This document shows, piece by piece, positions 1 through 7,887 of a DNA stretch of 35,689 bases. Source of the DNA: an uncultured Nitrospirota bacterium. GTDB lineage: Bacteria; CG2-30-53-67. Positions within the stretch are counted from its first letter, which is position 1, and every line of letters starts with the position of its first letter. Below the pieces are notes generated by a model. That model saw nothing but the letters and a program-made list of their open reading frames with translations, searched no databases and was not told the origin of the DNA. The position numbers were made by a program, and so were the translations under genes. The DNA lies in contig CAYQVN010000001.1 of assembly GCA_964420895.1 (NCBI GenBank), forward strand, positions 1 through 35,689, given 5' to 3'.

Positions 1-94
1 TCTGGGTAGAGGATTTTTCCATTGTGGACCAAGAGGAGTTGGCTGACCGGCTGAGATAGTCTGGTAGAAGCATGAGTTTTCTAGTGGTAACGTT

Positions 95-865
95 ATGAAC
101 ATCGTTGCGGTATACAATTGGGGGAAATCCGTAGATGGGCTTTCGAAAGTCCTTGCGGCAGCTCTCGGCAAGACAGTGTATGAAGCGCGTTCACGTCTGC
201 TTGTCCCAAGAGGCGGCCCATCCGTTGTCGGCGTTTTCCAGGAGCCGGAAAAGACGGAAGAAAGTGCTGCGAAACTCAGGGAAAACGGTTTCAGGACGGT
301 TGTCCTCTGCAATGAGGAGGTCGAGTCCGACCCCACACGATTCCTCGTAAGACACTTTGAATTCACCATGCAGTCATTGCGTGCTGAAGGTCGCCAAAGG
401 CAAACGATGAACCTGCCCTATAGCGACATCAAGCTGATCCTCTACGGTTCCGCCGTCACCGTCCAGACGGAAAAGGAGTTGGTGAAGGAGCGCAAGTTCA
501 GTGCCGGCAGGGCCATCATGACACAGGGTCTGATGTTGACCAAAAGGACAAAGCGCGAAGTCCGGACCGAGGAGCAGAACCGTGAGCGCTTTCTTTATCT
601 TTATTCGTCGATCCAGCCGACGGTTGTGTTGCGTGAAAACGGACTCCAGTATAACTCTCTCGGAAAAGCACGGCAGGCTTCCCGTGCAGCAAACTTCAGC
701 CATGTCCTTGCGGAACTGAGAAGACAAAGCCCGGATGCCGTGTTCGATGATCGCTTGTTGACCCGCGGCAGCCAGGGACAGATCCTGGGGCCTTTGCTGG
801 CACCGGAGGTCCATCTCGACATCGCGATCGCATTGCTCGTCAAAGTCTTGCAGCCGGTTTCCTGA
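95..865 (+). CDS. hypothetical protein (256 aa), no family recognised
   Basis: Longest ORF at this locus, with a balanced, charged, soluble-looking composition. The overlapping minus-strand ORF 374..886 is shorter and looks like an antisense shadow. There is no convincing Shine-Dalgarno before the ATG at 95. It is convergent with the RND gene. Confidence 0.55.
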   Translation: MNIVAVYNWGKSVDGLSKVLAAALGKTVYEARSRLLVPRGGPSVVGVFQEPEKTEESAAKLRENGFRTVVLCNEEVESDPTRFLVRHFEFTMQSLRAEGRQRQTMNLPYSDIKLILYGSAVTVQTEKELVKERKFSAGRAIMTQGLMLTKRTKREVRTEEQNRERFLYLYSSIQPTVVLRENGLQYNSLGKARQASRAANFSHVLAELRRQSPDAVFDDRLLTRGSQGQILGPLLAPEVHLDIAIALLVKVLQPVS

Positions 866-953
866 GTCCCCCTGCGGCATCCTCAAAAATCACCTTCCAG
901 GTTCGGATAGTCAATAAAGCGCATAGGTTGCTCAAGATAACCCGGCCAATTGC

Positions 954-3900
954 TTATTTAGACCGGCGAAATTGGGAAAAGAGGGAGAGCAGGGCCGGAG
1001 TAAGGAGGAGGGTGAAGATTGTCGAGAAAGCGAGTCCTCCGATGATGGCGGCGCCGAGGCCGCGGTAGAGTTCGGTGCCGGCGGCGTGCCCCAGGGTCAA
1101 GGGGAGCATGCCGAGGATGGAGGTGGTGGTGCTCATGAAGATCGGACGGATCCGGGTCCGCGTCGATTCGAGAATGGCCTCCTGCGGCGGCCGCCCCTGA
1201 TCCATGAAGTTTTTCGCCTGGTGGACGAGGAGAATCGACATATTGACGACGATCCCGCTTAAGATAATGAAGCCGAGCATGGTGATGACGTTGAATTCGG
1301 CACCGGAGACCACAACCCCGATGATGGCGCCTGCGGCAGCCAGGGGGACGGTAAAAAGAATGATGAAGGGGGCGAGGAAGGATTCAAAGAGCGCCGAGAT
1401 CAGCAGATAGATGATGATGACGGCCAGGAGAAAGGATCCGGAGAGGGCCCGGCGGGTGACGGTGAGGTCATCGGCGGAGCCGGCCAGTTCGATGGAATAG
1501 GTCTGGGGGAGGGCGGCGCGAAGCCGGTTCAGGGTTTCTTCCTTCAGTCTCTTCATGACACTTTCGATCGGGACGGACCGTTCCACAAAGAGGGTGAGGG
1601 TGATGGAGCGGTCGAGCTCGATGTGATCGATCCGGGTGGGACCTTCGGCCCGGACTACACGGGCGACGGAGGAGAGATGGATGGGTCTGCCCTCTGAGGA
1701 GGTGAAGAGGATCTTTTCCAGGTCGCCGGTGGTGCGGAAATCATTCCTTGCGCCCCGGAGGGTCAGGTCGTATTCGCTCCCTCCCTCGCGGTAGACCGAG
1801 GCCTCTCTTCCGGCGACAAGGGTCTCCACGACCCGGGCCACATCACTGGCGGAAACGCCGAGGTCTGCTGCACGGTCCCGGTCGATCCTCACCTGCAATT
1901 CGGGGTTCCCCAGTTTAAAACTGCTGTCGGTGTTTACCACCCCTTCGATCTGTCGGGCCTCCTTTTCAATCTCCCGGCTCAATGCCGAAAGTTTCGTCAG
2001 GTCGTCGCCCCGGACATTGACCTTGATCGTCTTGCCCCCCCGAAGCCCCCGCTGGAAAATGCTGGCCTGGAAGGTGAAGAGCCGGGCCCCGGCGATCTCG
2101 CCGTTCATCTCCCGCATCTTTTCGAGATAGGGCGCCAGGTTCTTCTTGTATTCCTTTTTGAAGATCATCCCGATAATCTGGAAGGAGTCGCTGATCACGG
2201 AGAAGATGTGGTCCGCCTCCTTGATCTGCAGGTAGGGGTGCAGGACCTTGTCTGCGATCTCTTCCATCTTGGCCAGGTTCGTGCCGGGCGGCGCGTCCAT
2301 GGAGGTGATGACGAGGTTCCGGTTCCCGGCGGGGAGGTATTCCGCCGGTGGCAGAAGGAGCAGGGAGAGGGCGAAAGCGGCCCCGATGAGGAGGATCGTC
2401 ACGAGGCTCCGCAGGGGGGTTGCGGTCAGGTTCCCCACGAAGGTCACGATCAGATTCTGCACTTTTGCAGCCTTCCGGTGGAGGGGATCAAGGCCTTTAG
2501 CCGGTCTCCCTCCATGGAGGATCTTTTCTTTCCGCGCGGCCATCATGGGGATGACTGTGATTGAGGCCAGAAGTGAGAGCGCCACGGCGTAGGAGAGGGA
2601 CAGCGCGATATCCTTGAAGAGCTGTCCCGCCTCTTCCTTGACGAAGACGATGGGGATAAAGACGGCGAGGGTAGTCAGGGTGGAGGCGAAGATCGCGCCC
2701 CAGACTTCCACGGTGCCGTCGAAGGCGGCCTGGACGGCAGCCTTCTTCATCTGCAGGTGGCGGAATATGTTTTCCAGGACAACGATGGCGTTGTCCACGA
2801 CCATTCCCACGGCGAAACCGAGTCCGGCGAGAGAGACGATGTTGATCGATCGTCCTGTGAGATTCAGAAAGATGAAGGTGGCAATCAGTGAGATCGGGAT
2901 CGTCAGGGAGACGATGAAGGTGAAGTAGAGGTGGCGGAGAAAGAGAAAGAGGACGCCAGCCGCCAGGAGGGCCCCCAGGGCGAGGCTTGATTTCAGATGG
3001 TCGATGGCCTCCCGGATATAGTCGGCGGCATTGTAGGAGATGATGATTTGAATCCCCTTGTATTGGAGTTCCTCGTTGAGTTGATGGATCTCCTTCATGA
3101 CCGCTTCGGCCACAGCAAGGGTGTTCTCATCTTCCTTCTTCCGGACGGGAAAGGCGATGGAGGGGTGGCCGTCGACCTTGACCGTAAAGTCGCGGTCCTT
3201 GAAGGTGTCCTCGACGCGGGCGATGTCTTGGATGTAAACGGGGCTGCCTCCCCGGTGCGTGACGATCATCCGTTCGATCTCTTTGAGGTCGGCAAATTGT
3301 CCCACCGTGCGGACGACATGCCGCCGTTTGCCGTCGTCGATATGGCCGCCCCGAACATTCCGGTTCTCCCGGTTGAGGGCTTGCGCCACCTCTTCTACGG
3401 TAATTCCCCGTGCCTCCATGGCCCGGTAGTCGAGGACTACCCGGATCTCCCGCTCCTGACCTCCGTAGAGATCGACGGCCCCCACGCCGGGGACCCGTTC
3501 CATCCTCGGTTTGATGATGTCCTCGGCGATCTCCCGGACCTGGTTCGGCGTCTTGTCGGTGAGGAGGGTAAACCAGAGGATCGGCGGGTTCTCGTCCCGG
3601 GAGACGGTGGAGATGATCGGCTCTTCGGCGTCATCGGGAAGATCGGCAACGAGGTTGAGCTTTTTCAGGACGTCGATGCCGGCCAGATCACGGTCGACGC
3701 CCCATTCGAACTCCAGGGTGATGCGGGAGCGGCCCTCATAGGAAGCGGAACGGACCTCCTTGAGGTTCTCCACGGAATTGAGTTTCTCTTCCATGGGGAT
3801 GGTGATCTGTTCTTCCACCTCCTGGGGTGCGGCGCCGGGGTAATCGGTGCTCACGGTGATGATCGGTTTTTCCACCTTCGGCTTGAGCTGGATCGGAATC

Positions 3901-3992
3901 CGAATCAGGGAGAGGTAGCCGAAGAGGGCGGCCAGAAGAACGCCCACGATGACGGTGACGGGTCTGTGGATGGAGGCGTCGATGAGTTTCAT
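954..3992 (-). CDS. RND-superfamily efflux transporter, inner-membrane permease subunit (AcrB/CzcA-like, 1012 aa)
   Basis: The N-terminus MKLIDASIHRPVTVIVGVLLAALFG..., the size, and the repeated pattern of TM helices plus two large periplasmic loops are typical of RND permeases. The start lies 6 nt after the adaptor gene stop. Confidence 0.9.
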   Translation of the reverse strand: MKLIDASIHRPVTVIVGVLLAALFGYLSLIRIPIQLKPKVEKPIITVSTDYPGAAPQEVEEQITIPMEEKLNSVENLKEVRSASYEGRSRITLEFEWGVDRDLAGIDVLKKLNLVADLPDDAEEPIISTVSRDENPPILWFTLLTDKTPNQVREIAEDIIKPRMERVPGVGAVDLYGGQEREIRVVLDYRAMEARGITVEEVAQALNRENRNVRGGHIDDGKRRHVVRTVGQFADLKEIERMIVTHRGGSPVYIQDIARVEDTFKDRDFTVKVDGHPSIAFPVRKKEDENTLAVAEAVMKEIHQLNEELQYKGIQIIISYNAADYIREAIDHLKSSLALGALLAAGVLFLFLRHLYFTFIVSLTIPISLIATFIFLNLTGRSINIVSLAGLGFAVGMVVDNAIVVLENIFRHLQMKKAAVQAAFDGTVEVWGAIFASTLTTLAVFIPIVFVKEEAGQLFKDIALSLSYAVALSLLASITVIPMMAARKEKILHGGRPAKGLDPLHRKAAKVQNLIVTFVGNLTATPLRSLVTILLIGAAFALSLLLLPPAEYLPAGNRNLVITSMDAPPGTNLAKMEEIADKVLHPYLQIKEADHIFSVISDSFQIIGMIFKKEYKKNLAPYLEKMREMNGEIAGARLFTFQASIFQRGLRGGKTIKVNVRGDDLTKLSALSREIEKEARQIEGVVNTDSSFKLGNPELQVRIDRDRAADLGVSASDVARVVETLVAGREASVYREGGSEYDLTLRGARNDFRTTGDLEKILFTSSEGRPIHLSSVARVVRAEGPTRIDHIELDRSITLTLFVERSVPIESVMKRLKEETLNRLRAALPQTYSIELAGSADDLTVTRRALSGSFLLAVIIIYLLISALFESFLAPFIILFTVPLAAAGAIIGVVVSGAEFNVITMLGFIILSGIVVNMSILLVHQAKNFMDQGRPPQEAILESTRTRIRPIFMSTTTSILGMLPLTLGHAAGTELYRGLGAAIIGGLAFSTIFTLLLTPALLSLFSQFRRSK

Positions 3993-3998
3993 GAGACG

Positions 3999-5048
3999 TT
4001 ATTCGATCTTTGCGGGGAGCGGGAGAATTTTTACGACCTGGCCGTCTTCGAGGTTCTCGTTGCCGGTGACGACAACGGGGTCACCGGCCTTCAAGGGGTC
4101 CCCTTCGATCTCCACGAAGTTATCTTTCTCTCGTCCCGTCTGTACAGCAATCCGGTGGGCTTTCCCATCACGGACAATATAGACGTCATCCCCCCCTGTC
4201 CGGTGTACCACAGCATCCTTGGGAACCAGGAGGACGGGGGTCGGGGCCTTCAGATGGAGTGTCACCCGTGTAAACATGCCATTTTTCAGGGCGAAATCGG
4301 AATTGTTGATGACGATCTTCACGGGGTAATTCTTTCCTTCGTCCGCCTTGGGGATCACGGCCGTGATCCGGCCCGAAAATTCCCGTCCGGGGACCGCATC
4401 GACGGTGGCAGTGGCCGACTGTCCCACGGCAATCTTCTGAAGGTATTTCCCGGGAACCGGTAGGGCCACATGGACGACGAAGAGATCGGAAACCTCTACG
4501 ATGGGGTCTCCACGATCGAGCCAGGCCCCGGGATCGACGAATCTTCGGGTGATGATCCCCCGAAAGGGGGCGGTGGCCCTGGAATGTTTCCGATCGATCC
4601 GGGCGAGTTCCCAGGCCGCCTCAGCCGCGTCGGCCTCGGCGCGGCGGCGGTCCAGTTCCTCTTCCGGGAGGAACCCTTCCGCAAAGAGGGGGCGGCCTCT
4701 GCGGAGATCTCCCGCCGTTCTTTGCTGTTTGGCTTCTGCCGCCTTGAGAAGGGCGGTATACCGCTCCGGGTCGATCCGGGCGAGCGGTTCCCTTGCCTTC
4801 ACCCGGTCTCCCTCCTCGACGAAGATCTTTTCGACCGATCCTGCGACCTCGGCGCTGACGACGGTTTCATACCGTGGACGGACGGTACCGTTGAGGGTCA
4901 GGGTAGTGGCAATCGATCGGGAGAGTACCTTTGCTGTTTCAACGACGACCGGTCCCTTTGCGGGAGGCTGGGCCTCACTGCCGGGCGTCGGCAATGCCGC
5001 CGGGAGAAGGAGGAGTAAAAGAAGAAAAAGTTTTCGTCGATTCATCAT
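3999..5048 (-). CDS. RND efflux periplasmic adaptor (membrane-fusion protein, HlyD/AcrA-like, 349 aa)
   Basis: Has an N-terminal signal/anchor (MMNRRKLFLLLLLLLPAALP). A coiled-coil hairpin (RYTALLKAAEAKQQRTAGDLRR...RRRAEADAAEAAWELARID) is flanked by lipoyl and beta-barrel segments. It sits directly upstream of the RND permease. Confidence 0.85.
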   Translation of the reverse strand: MMNRRKLFLLLLLLLPAALPTPGSEAQPPAKGPVVVETAKVLSRSIATTLTLNGTVRPRYETVVSAEVAGSVEKIFVEEGDRVKAREPLARIDPERYTALLKAAEAKQQRTAGDLRRGRPLFAEGFLPEEELDRRRAEADAAEAAWELARIDRKHSRATAPFRGIITRRFVDPGAWLDRGDPIVEVSDLFVVHVALPVPGKYLQKIAVGQSATATVDAVPGREFSGRITAVIPKADEGKNYPVKIVINNSDFALKNGMFTRVTLHLKAPTPVLLVPKDAVVHRTGGDDVYIVRDGKAHRIAVQTGREKDNFVEIEGDPLKAGDPVVVTGNENLEDGQVVKILPLPAKIE

Positions 5049-5050
5049 TT

Positions 5051-5767
5051 TCAGAGCATCTCCGGATCTCCCGTGCCGTGGGTATATTTGATCACGTCCA
5101 CGTCGGAGAGGACGACAATCCCTTCGGGCACCATATCGTCGAGGACGGGAAGGATCTTTTTGATCTTCTCTTCCTTGTCAATGACGGTGATCAACACCGG
5201 CATCTCCCCGCCCCGGGTCAGGAATTTCATCTTGTGATACCGTTTGTGGGGGCCGTAGCCTGCCAGGGCCTTGTAGACAGTGGCGCCGGCGATGTCCATG
5301 AGAATGAATCGTTTCACGATCGCTTCATAGAGGGGTTCCCCTTCCCACTTGTGGTCTTCCCGCACGATCACGCGCAGCATCTTGGCCTTTCCTTCCAGTT
5401 TCATCCGCTCACTCACCTCCTCTTCACTTTCCCGGGCGTTTTTGCAGCATTTAATCACTTCCGTATCGCTCACCTCGACGAGACCCTTCTCGACGATCTG
5501 ATAGACATCAGGAAGGACGCGGTCGATCATCTCCTCCGAATCGACGACCTCGATCTTGACGGGCATCTTCCCCGAAAGGGTGAGCATCTTGGAGGAGTGA
5601 TAGACGCCGTCGCTTCCGTATCCGGCGGAACCCCGAAAGACGCTGACGCCGGCGATTTTCTTCTGATAGAAAATGTCAACGAGGGCCTCGTAAACCGGTT
5701 TCTTGCCGTGCTTATCCGCCTCATCCACATAGATGGTCAGTTTTTTTGCCGGACCCTTTTTTACCAT
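5051..5767 (-). CDS. tandem (fused) DUF190/UPF0166 PII-like protein, 238 aa
   Basis: There are two internal repeats of about 100 aa. They share P[VL]YEA[LI]V, IAG[VA]..V[FY], AGYG, YH, MPV, V[VI]D, LP, G[LI]V and SD..VIK. The single-domain family is a frequent neighbour of crcB. The start is 12 nt after the crcB stop and the stop is 2 nt before the adaptor start. Confidence 0.8.
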   Translation of the reverse strand: MVKKGPAKKLTIYVDEADKHGKKPVYEALVDIFYQKKIAGVSVFRGSAGYGSDGVYHSSKMLTLSGKMPVKIEVVDSEEMIDRVLPDVYQIVEKGLVEVSDTEVIKCCKNARESEEEVSERMKLEGKAKMLRVIVREDHKWEGEPLYEAIVKRFILMDIAGATVYKALAGYGPHKRYHKMKFLTRGGEMPVLITVIDKEEKIKKILPVLDDMVPEGIVVLSDVDVIKYTHGTGDPEML

Positions 5768-5779
5768 GATTTCTCCCTG

Positions 5780-6163
5780 TTACAGATTTCTTGCCAGTGA
5801 TTCGCCTAACTTGAGGGCACCGAAGCCGACAATCAGGCTCAAGAAGACATTCAACGAGGCGATGATCCATTCACCGTCGAAAAGGAGTGCTCCCGTTTCG
5901 TATTCAAAGGTCGAGAAGGTCGTAAAGGCGCCGAGAAAGCCGACGGTGAGAAAGATCCGGAGTTGGGGATTGGCCATGATCCGCTCCGTGAGCAGCGTCA
6001 TGAGCAGGCCGATGAGGAAACAACCCGCCACGTTGACGACGAAGGTCCCCAGAGGAAAGACCCGCCCCCAGCGCTGCCCGATCCAGGCGCTGGCGAGATA
6101 GCGGAGAATGGCGCCGAGAAACCCTCCGGCGCCAACGAAAAGTGTGTTGGTCAGGGCTTGCAT
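5780..6163 (-). CDS. crcB: fluoride ion channel CrcB/FluC (127 aa)
   Basis: A four-TM small membrane protein with the hallmark motifs GGFLGAILRY, FPLGTFVVNVAGCFLIG and GFLGAFTTFSTF. Confidence 0.92.
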   Translation of the reverse strand: MQALTNTLFVGAGGFLGAILRYLASAWIGQRWGRVFPLGTFVVNVAGCFLIGLLMTLLTERIMANPQLRIFLTVGFLGAFTTFSTFEYETGALLFDGEWIIASLNVFLSLIVGFGALKLGESLARNL

Positions 6164-6254
6164 TTTTCTTCTTGCCTTCGTCCAGGACAGGATGTAATAT
6201 AATTTTTTTAATAATTATCATATGTTAGGGTTTTTTGAAAGCGAAATTTGTTCC
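6164..6254. promoter_or_regulatory. AT-rich divergent promoter region between crcB (-) and ferredoxin/cysS (+)
   Basis: A sharp AT-rich island (ggatgtaatataatttttttaataattatcatatg) in a GC-rich context. It has a perfect TATAAT on the + strand at 6198..6203 and TATATT/TATTAC on the - strand at the same place. No good -35 element was found. Confidence 0.35.
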
Positions 6255-6452
6255 ATGCCTTTTGTGATCACAACGGATTGCGTTGGTTGCGGCGCCTGTC
6301 AGGCCACCTGCCCCGTCGAGGCCATTATTGAAGGGAGCGAGGTCTTCCGAATTACCAAAGAGTGCATTGAGTGCGGCGCCTGTCTCGGCGTCTGCGCCGT
6401 GGGGGCGATCATCGTAACAGAGGAGAAGGAGAAAGATGCTCCGCATCTATAA
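6255..6452 (+). CDS. 2x[4Fe-4S] ferredoxin (65 aa)
   Basis: Contains two cluster motifs, CVGCGACQATCP and CIECGACLGVCA. The N-terminus MPFVITTDC matches the usual M-x-x-V-I-T start of this family, so I prefer the ATG at 6255 to the ORF-track ATG at 6222. The 3' end overlaps the cysS start by 17 nt. Confidence 0.8.
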   Translation: MPFVITTDCVGCGACQATCPVEAIIEGSEVFRITKECIECGACLGVCAVGAIIVTEEKEKDAPHL

Positions 6453-7887
6453 TACGCTGACGGACAGCAAGGAGGTATTCCAGCCGATCCGTCCTGACGA
6501 AGTGAAAATGTATGCCTGCGGCGTCACGGTCTATGATCACAGCCACATCGGCCATGCCCGTGGGGCGGTGGTCTTCGATATGATTCGTCGCTACCTTGCC
6601 TTTCGGGGATTTACCGTCACCTATGTTCGGAACTTCACCGATGTGGACGACAAGATCATCAACCGGGCCAAGGAGGAGGGAGTCTCCTCGGAGGAGATCG
6701 CCGAGCGGTATATCGGGGAATATCAGAAGGATATGGCTGCCCTGGGGGTAGAACGGGCCGATATTGAACCGAAGGCAACGGAGCACATCAGGGAAATCAT
6801 CGAACTGGTCCATAAACTGGTTGAGAAGGGCCATGCCTACGTGGCAGAAGGTGATGTCCTTTTCGAAGTGGCCTCCCTGCCGGCCTACGGGAAACTTTCA
6901 AAACGGAAACTTGACGAACTCCAGTCCGGCGCCCGAGTCGAGGTGGACGAGAAGAAGAAAAGCCCCCTCGATTTCGTCCTCTGGAAGGCATCGAAGGCGG
7001 GTGAGCCGTCCTGGGAAAGCCCCTGGGGGGCGGGGCGGCCCGGTTGGCACATCGAATGCTCGGCCATGAGTCAGGCCCATCTCGGAGAGTCGATCGATAT
7101 CCACGGCGGTGGTAAGGACCTGATCTTTCCCCACCATGAAAACGAGATCGCCCAGAGTGAGGCGGCCACGGGGAAGCCTTTCGTCAAATACTGGCTCCAC
7201 AACGGTTTCGTCAATATCGACCAGGAGAAGATGTCGAAATCCTTGGGAAATTTCTTTACCATCAAGGAGGTCCTGGAGAATTTTGACCCTGAGGCGGTCC
7301 GTCTCTTCCTCCTGACGACCCATTACCGAAGTCCCATCGATTTTTCCGACCGGAACATCCAGGATGCCGACCGGGCCCGCCGCAGGGTCTACAATTTACT
7401 GCAGACGGTGGACCGGTTCCTTGCGGAAGGGGGAGACGAAACCCCTGACATCGGCGATGCGGTTGCCGAGGTGGGCCGTGAGGTGGAGGCAATGCTTCCC
7501 CGTTTCGAAGAGGCTATGGACGATGACTTTAATACGGCGAAGGCCCTGGGGAATCTCTTCGAGGTGGTACGCGTGTTGAATGGCGCTCTCCAGGAGCATT
7601 TTCCGGAGCATAAGGCGGCCCTGCTGCCGATTTTACACCGATTCCGGGAAGAGGTGGAGCAGATCAGCCGGGTTCTCGGACTTTTTCGGGAATCGCCCGA
7701 AGCCGTTCTGAAGGGGGAGGCGGACGGTTCGTCCCGGGAAATCGAGGGGATGATCGCTGGGCGCCTGGCGGCCCGAAAGAACAAGGACTGGGCCGAAGCG
7801 GACCGAATCCGGAATGAACTGGCCGCCCGGGGGGTCCTGCTCAAGGACCGGCCCGACGGGACGACGGACTGGGAATGGGAACGATAA
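6436..7887 (+). CDS. cysS: cysteine--tRNA ligase
   Basis: Class I signatures HIGH (HIGHARG) and KMSKS are present, as are MYACGVTVYD and WHIECSAM. The N-terminus MLRIYNTLT is canonical. A GGAGAAGGAG Shine-Dalgarno lies inside the ferredoxin 3' end. Confidence 0.95.
   Translation: MLRIYNTLTDSKEVFQPIRPDEVKMYACGVTVYDHSHIGHARGAVVFDMIRRYLAFRGFTVTYVRNFTDVDDKIINRAKEEGVSSEEIAERYIGEYQKDMAALGVERADIEPKATEHIREIIELVHKLVEKGHAYVAEGDVLFEVASLPAYGKLSKRKLDELQSGARVEVDEKKKSPLDFVLWKASKAGEPSWESPWGAGRPGWHIECSAMSQAHLGESIDIHGGGKDLIFPHHENEIAQSEAATGKPFVKYWLHNGFVNIDQEKMSKSLGNFFTIKEVLENFDPEAVRLFLLTTHYRSPIDFSDRNIQDADRARRRVYNLLQTVDRFLAEGGDETPDIGDAVAEVGREVEAMLPRFEEAMDDDFNTAKALGNLFEVVRVLNGALQEHFPEHKAALLPILHRFREEVEQISRVLGLFRESPEAVLKGEADGSSREIEGMIAGRLAARKNKDWAEADRIRNELAARGVLLKDRPDGTTDWEWER

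Noticed and set aside
374-886. 170-aa minus-strand ORF (also 601..843 on the minus strand and 135..350 on the plus strand) overlapping the orphan gene
   Set aside because: These are shorter than the 95..865 + ORF, nested in it or overlapping it, and have Arg/Cys/Gln-rich shadow-like composition. The + ORF is the more plausible coding frame, though itself only moderate confidence.
866-953. Bidirectional terminator expected between the convergent orphan ORF and the RND gene
   Set aside because: No stem longer than 4 bp was found in the 88-nt gap.
6164-6254. Expected fluoride riboswitch upstream of crcB
   Set aside because: I read the minus strand of the whole upstream gap and found none of the conserved crcB-motif core segments. 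The gap is too short and too AT-rich. A covariance-model scan would settle it.
6222-6254. Longer ferredoxin start (ATG 6222) given in the ORF track
   Set aside because: The extra 11 residues (MLGFFESEICS) are not ferredoxin-like, and the family normally begins right at the M-x-x-V-I-T segment. Neither ATG has a good Shine-Dalgarno, so this remains a judgement call.
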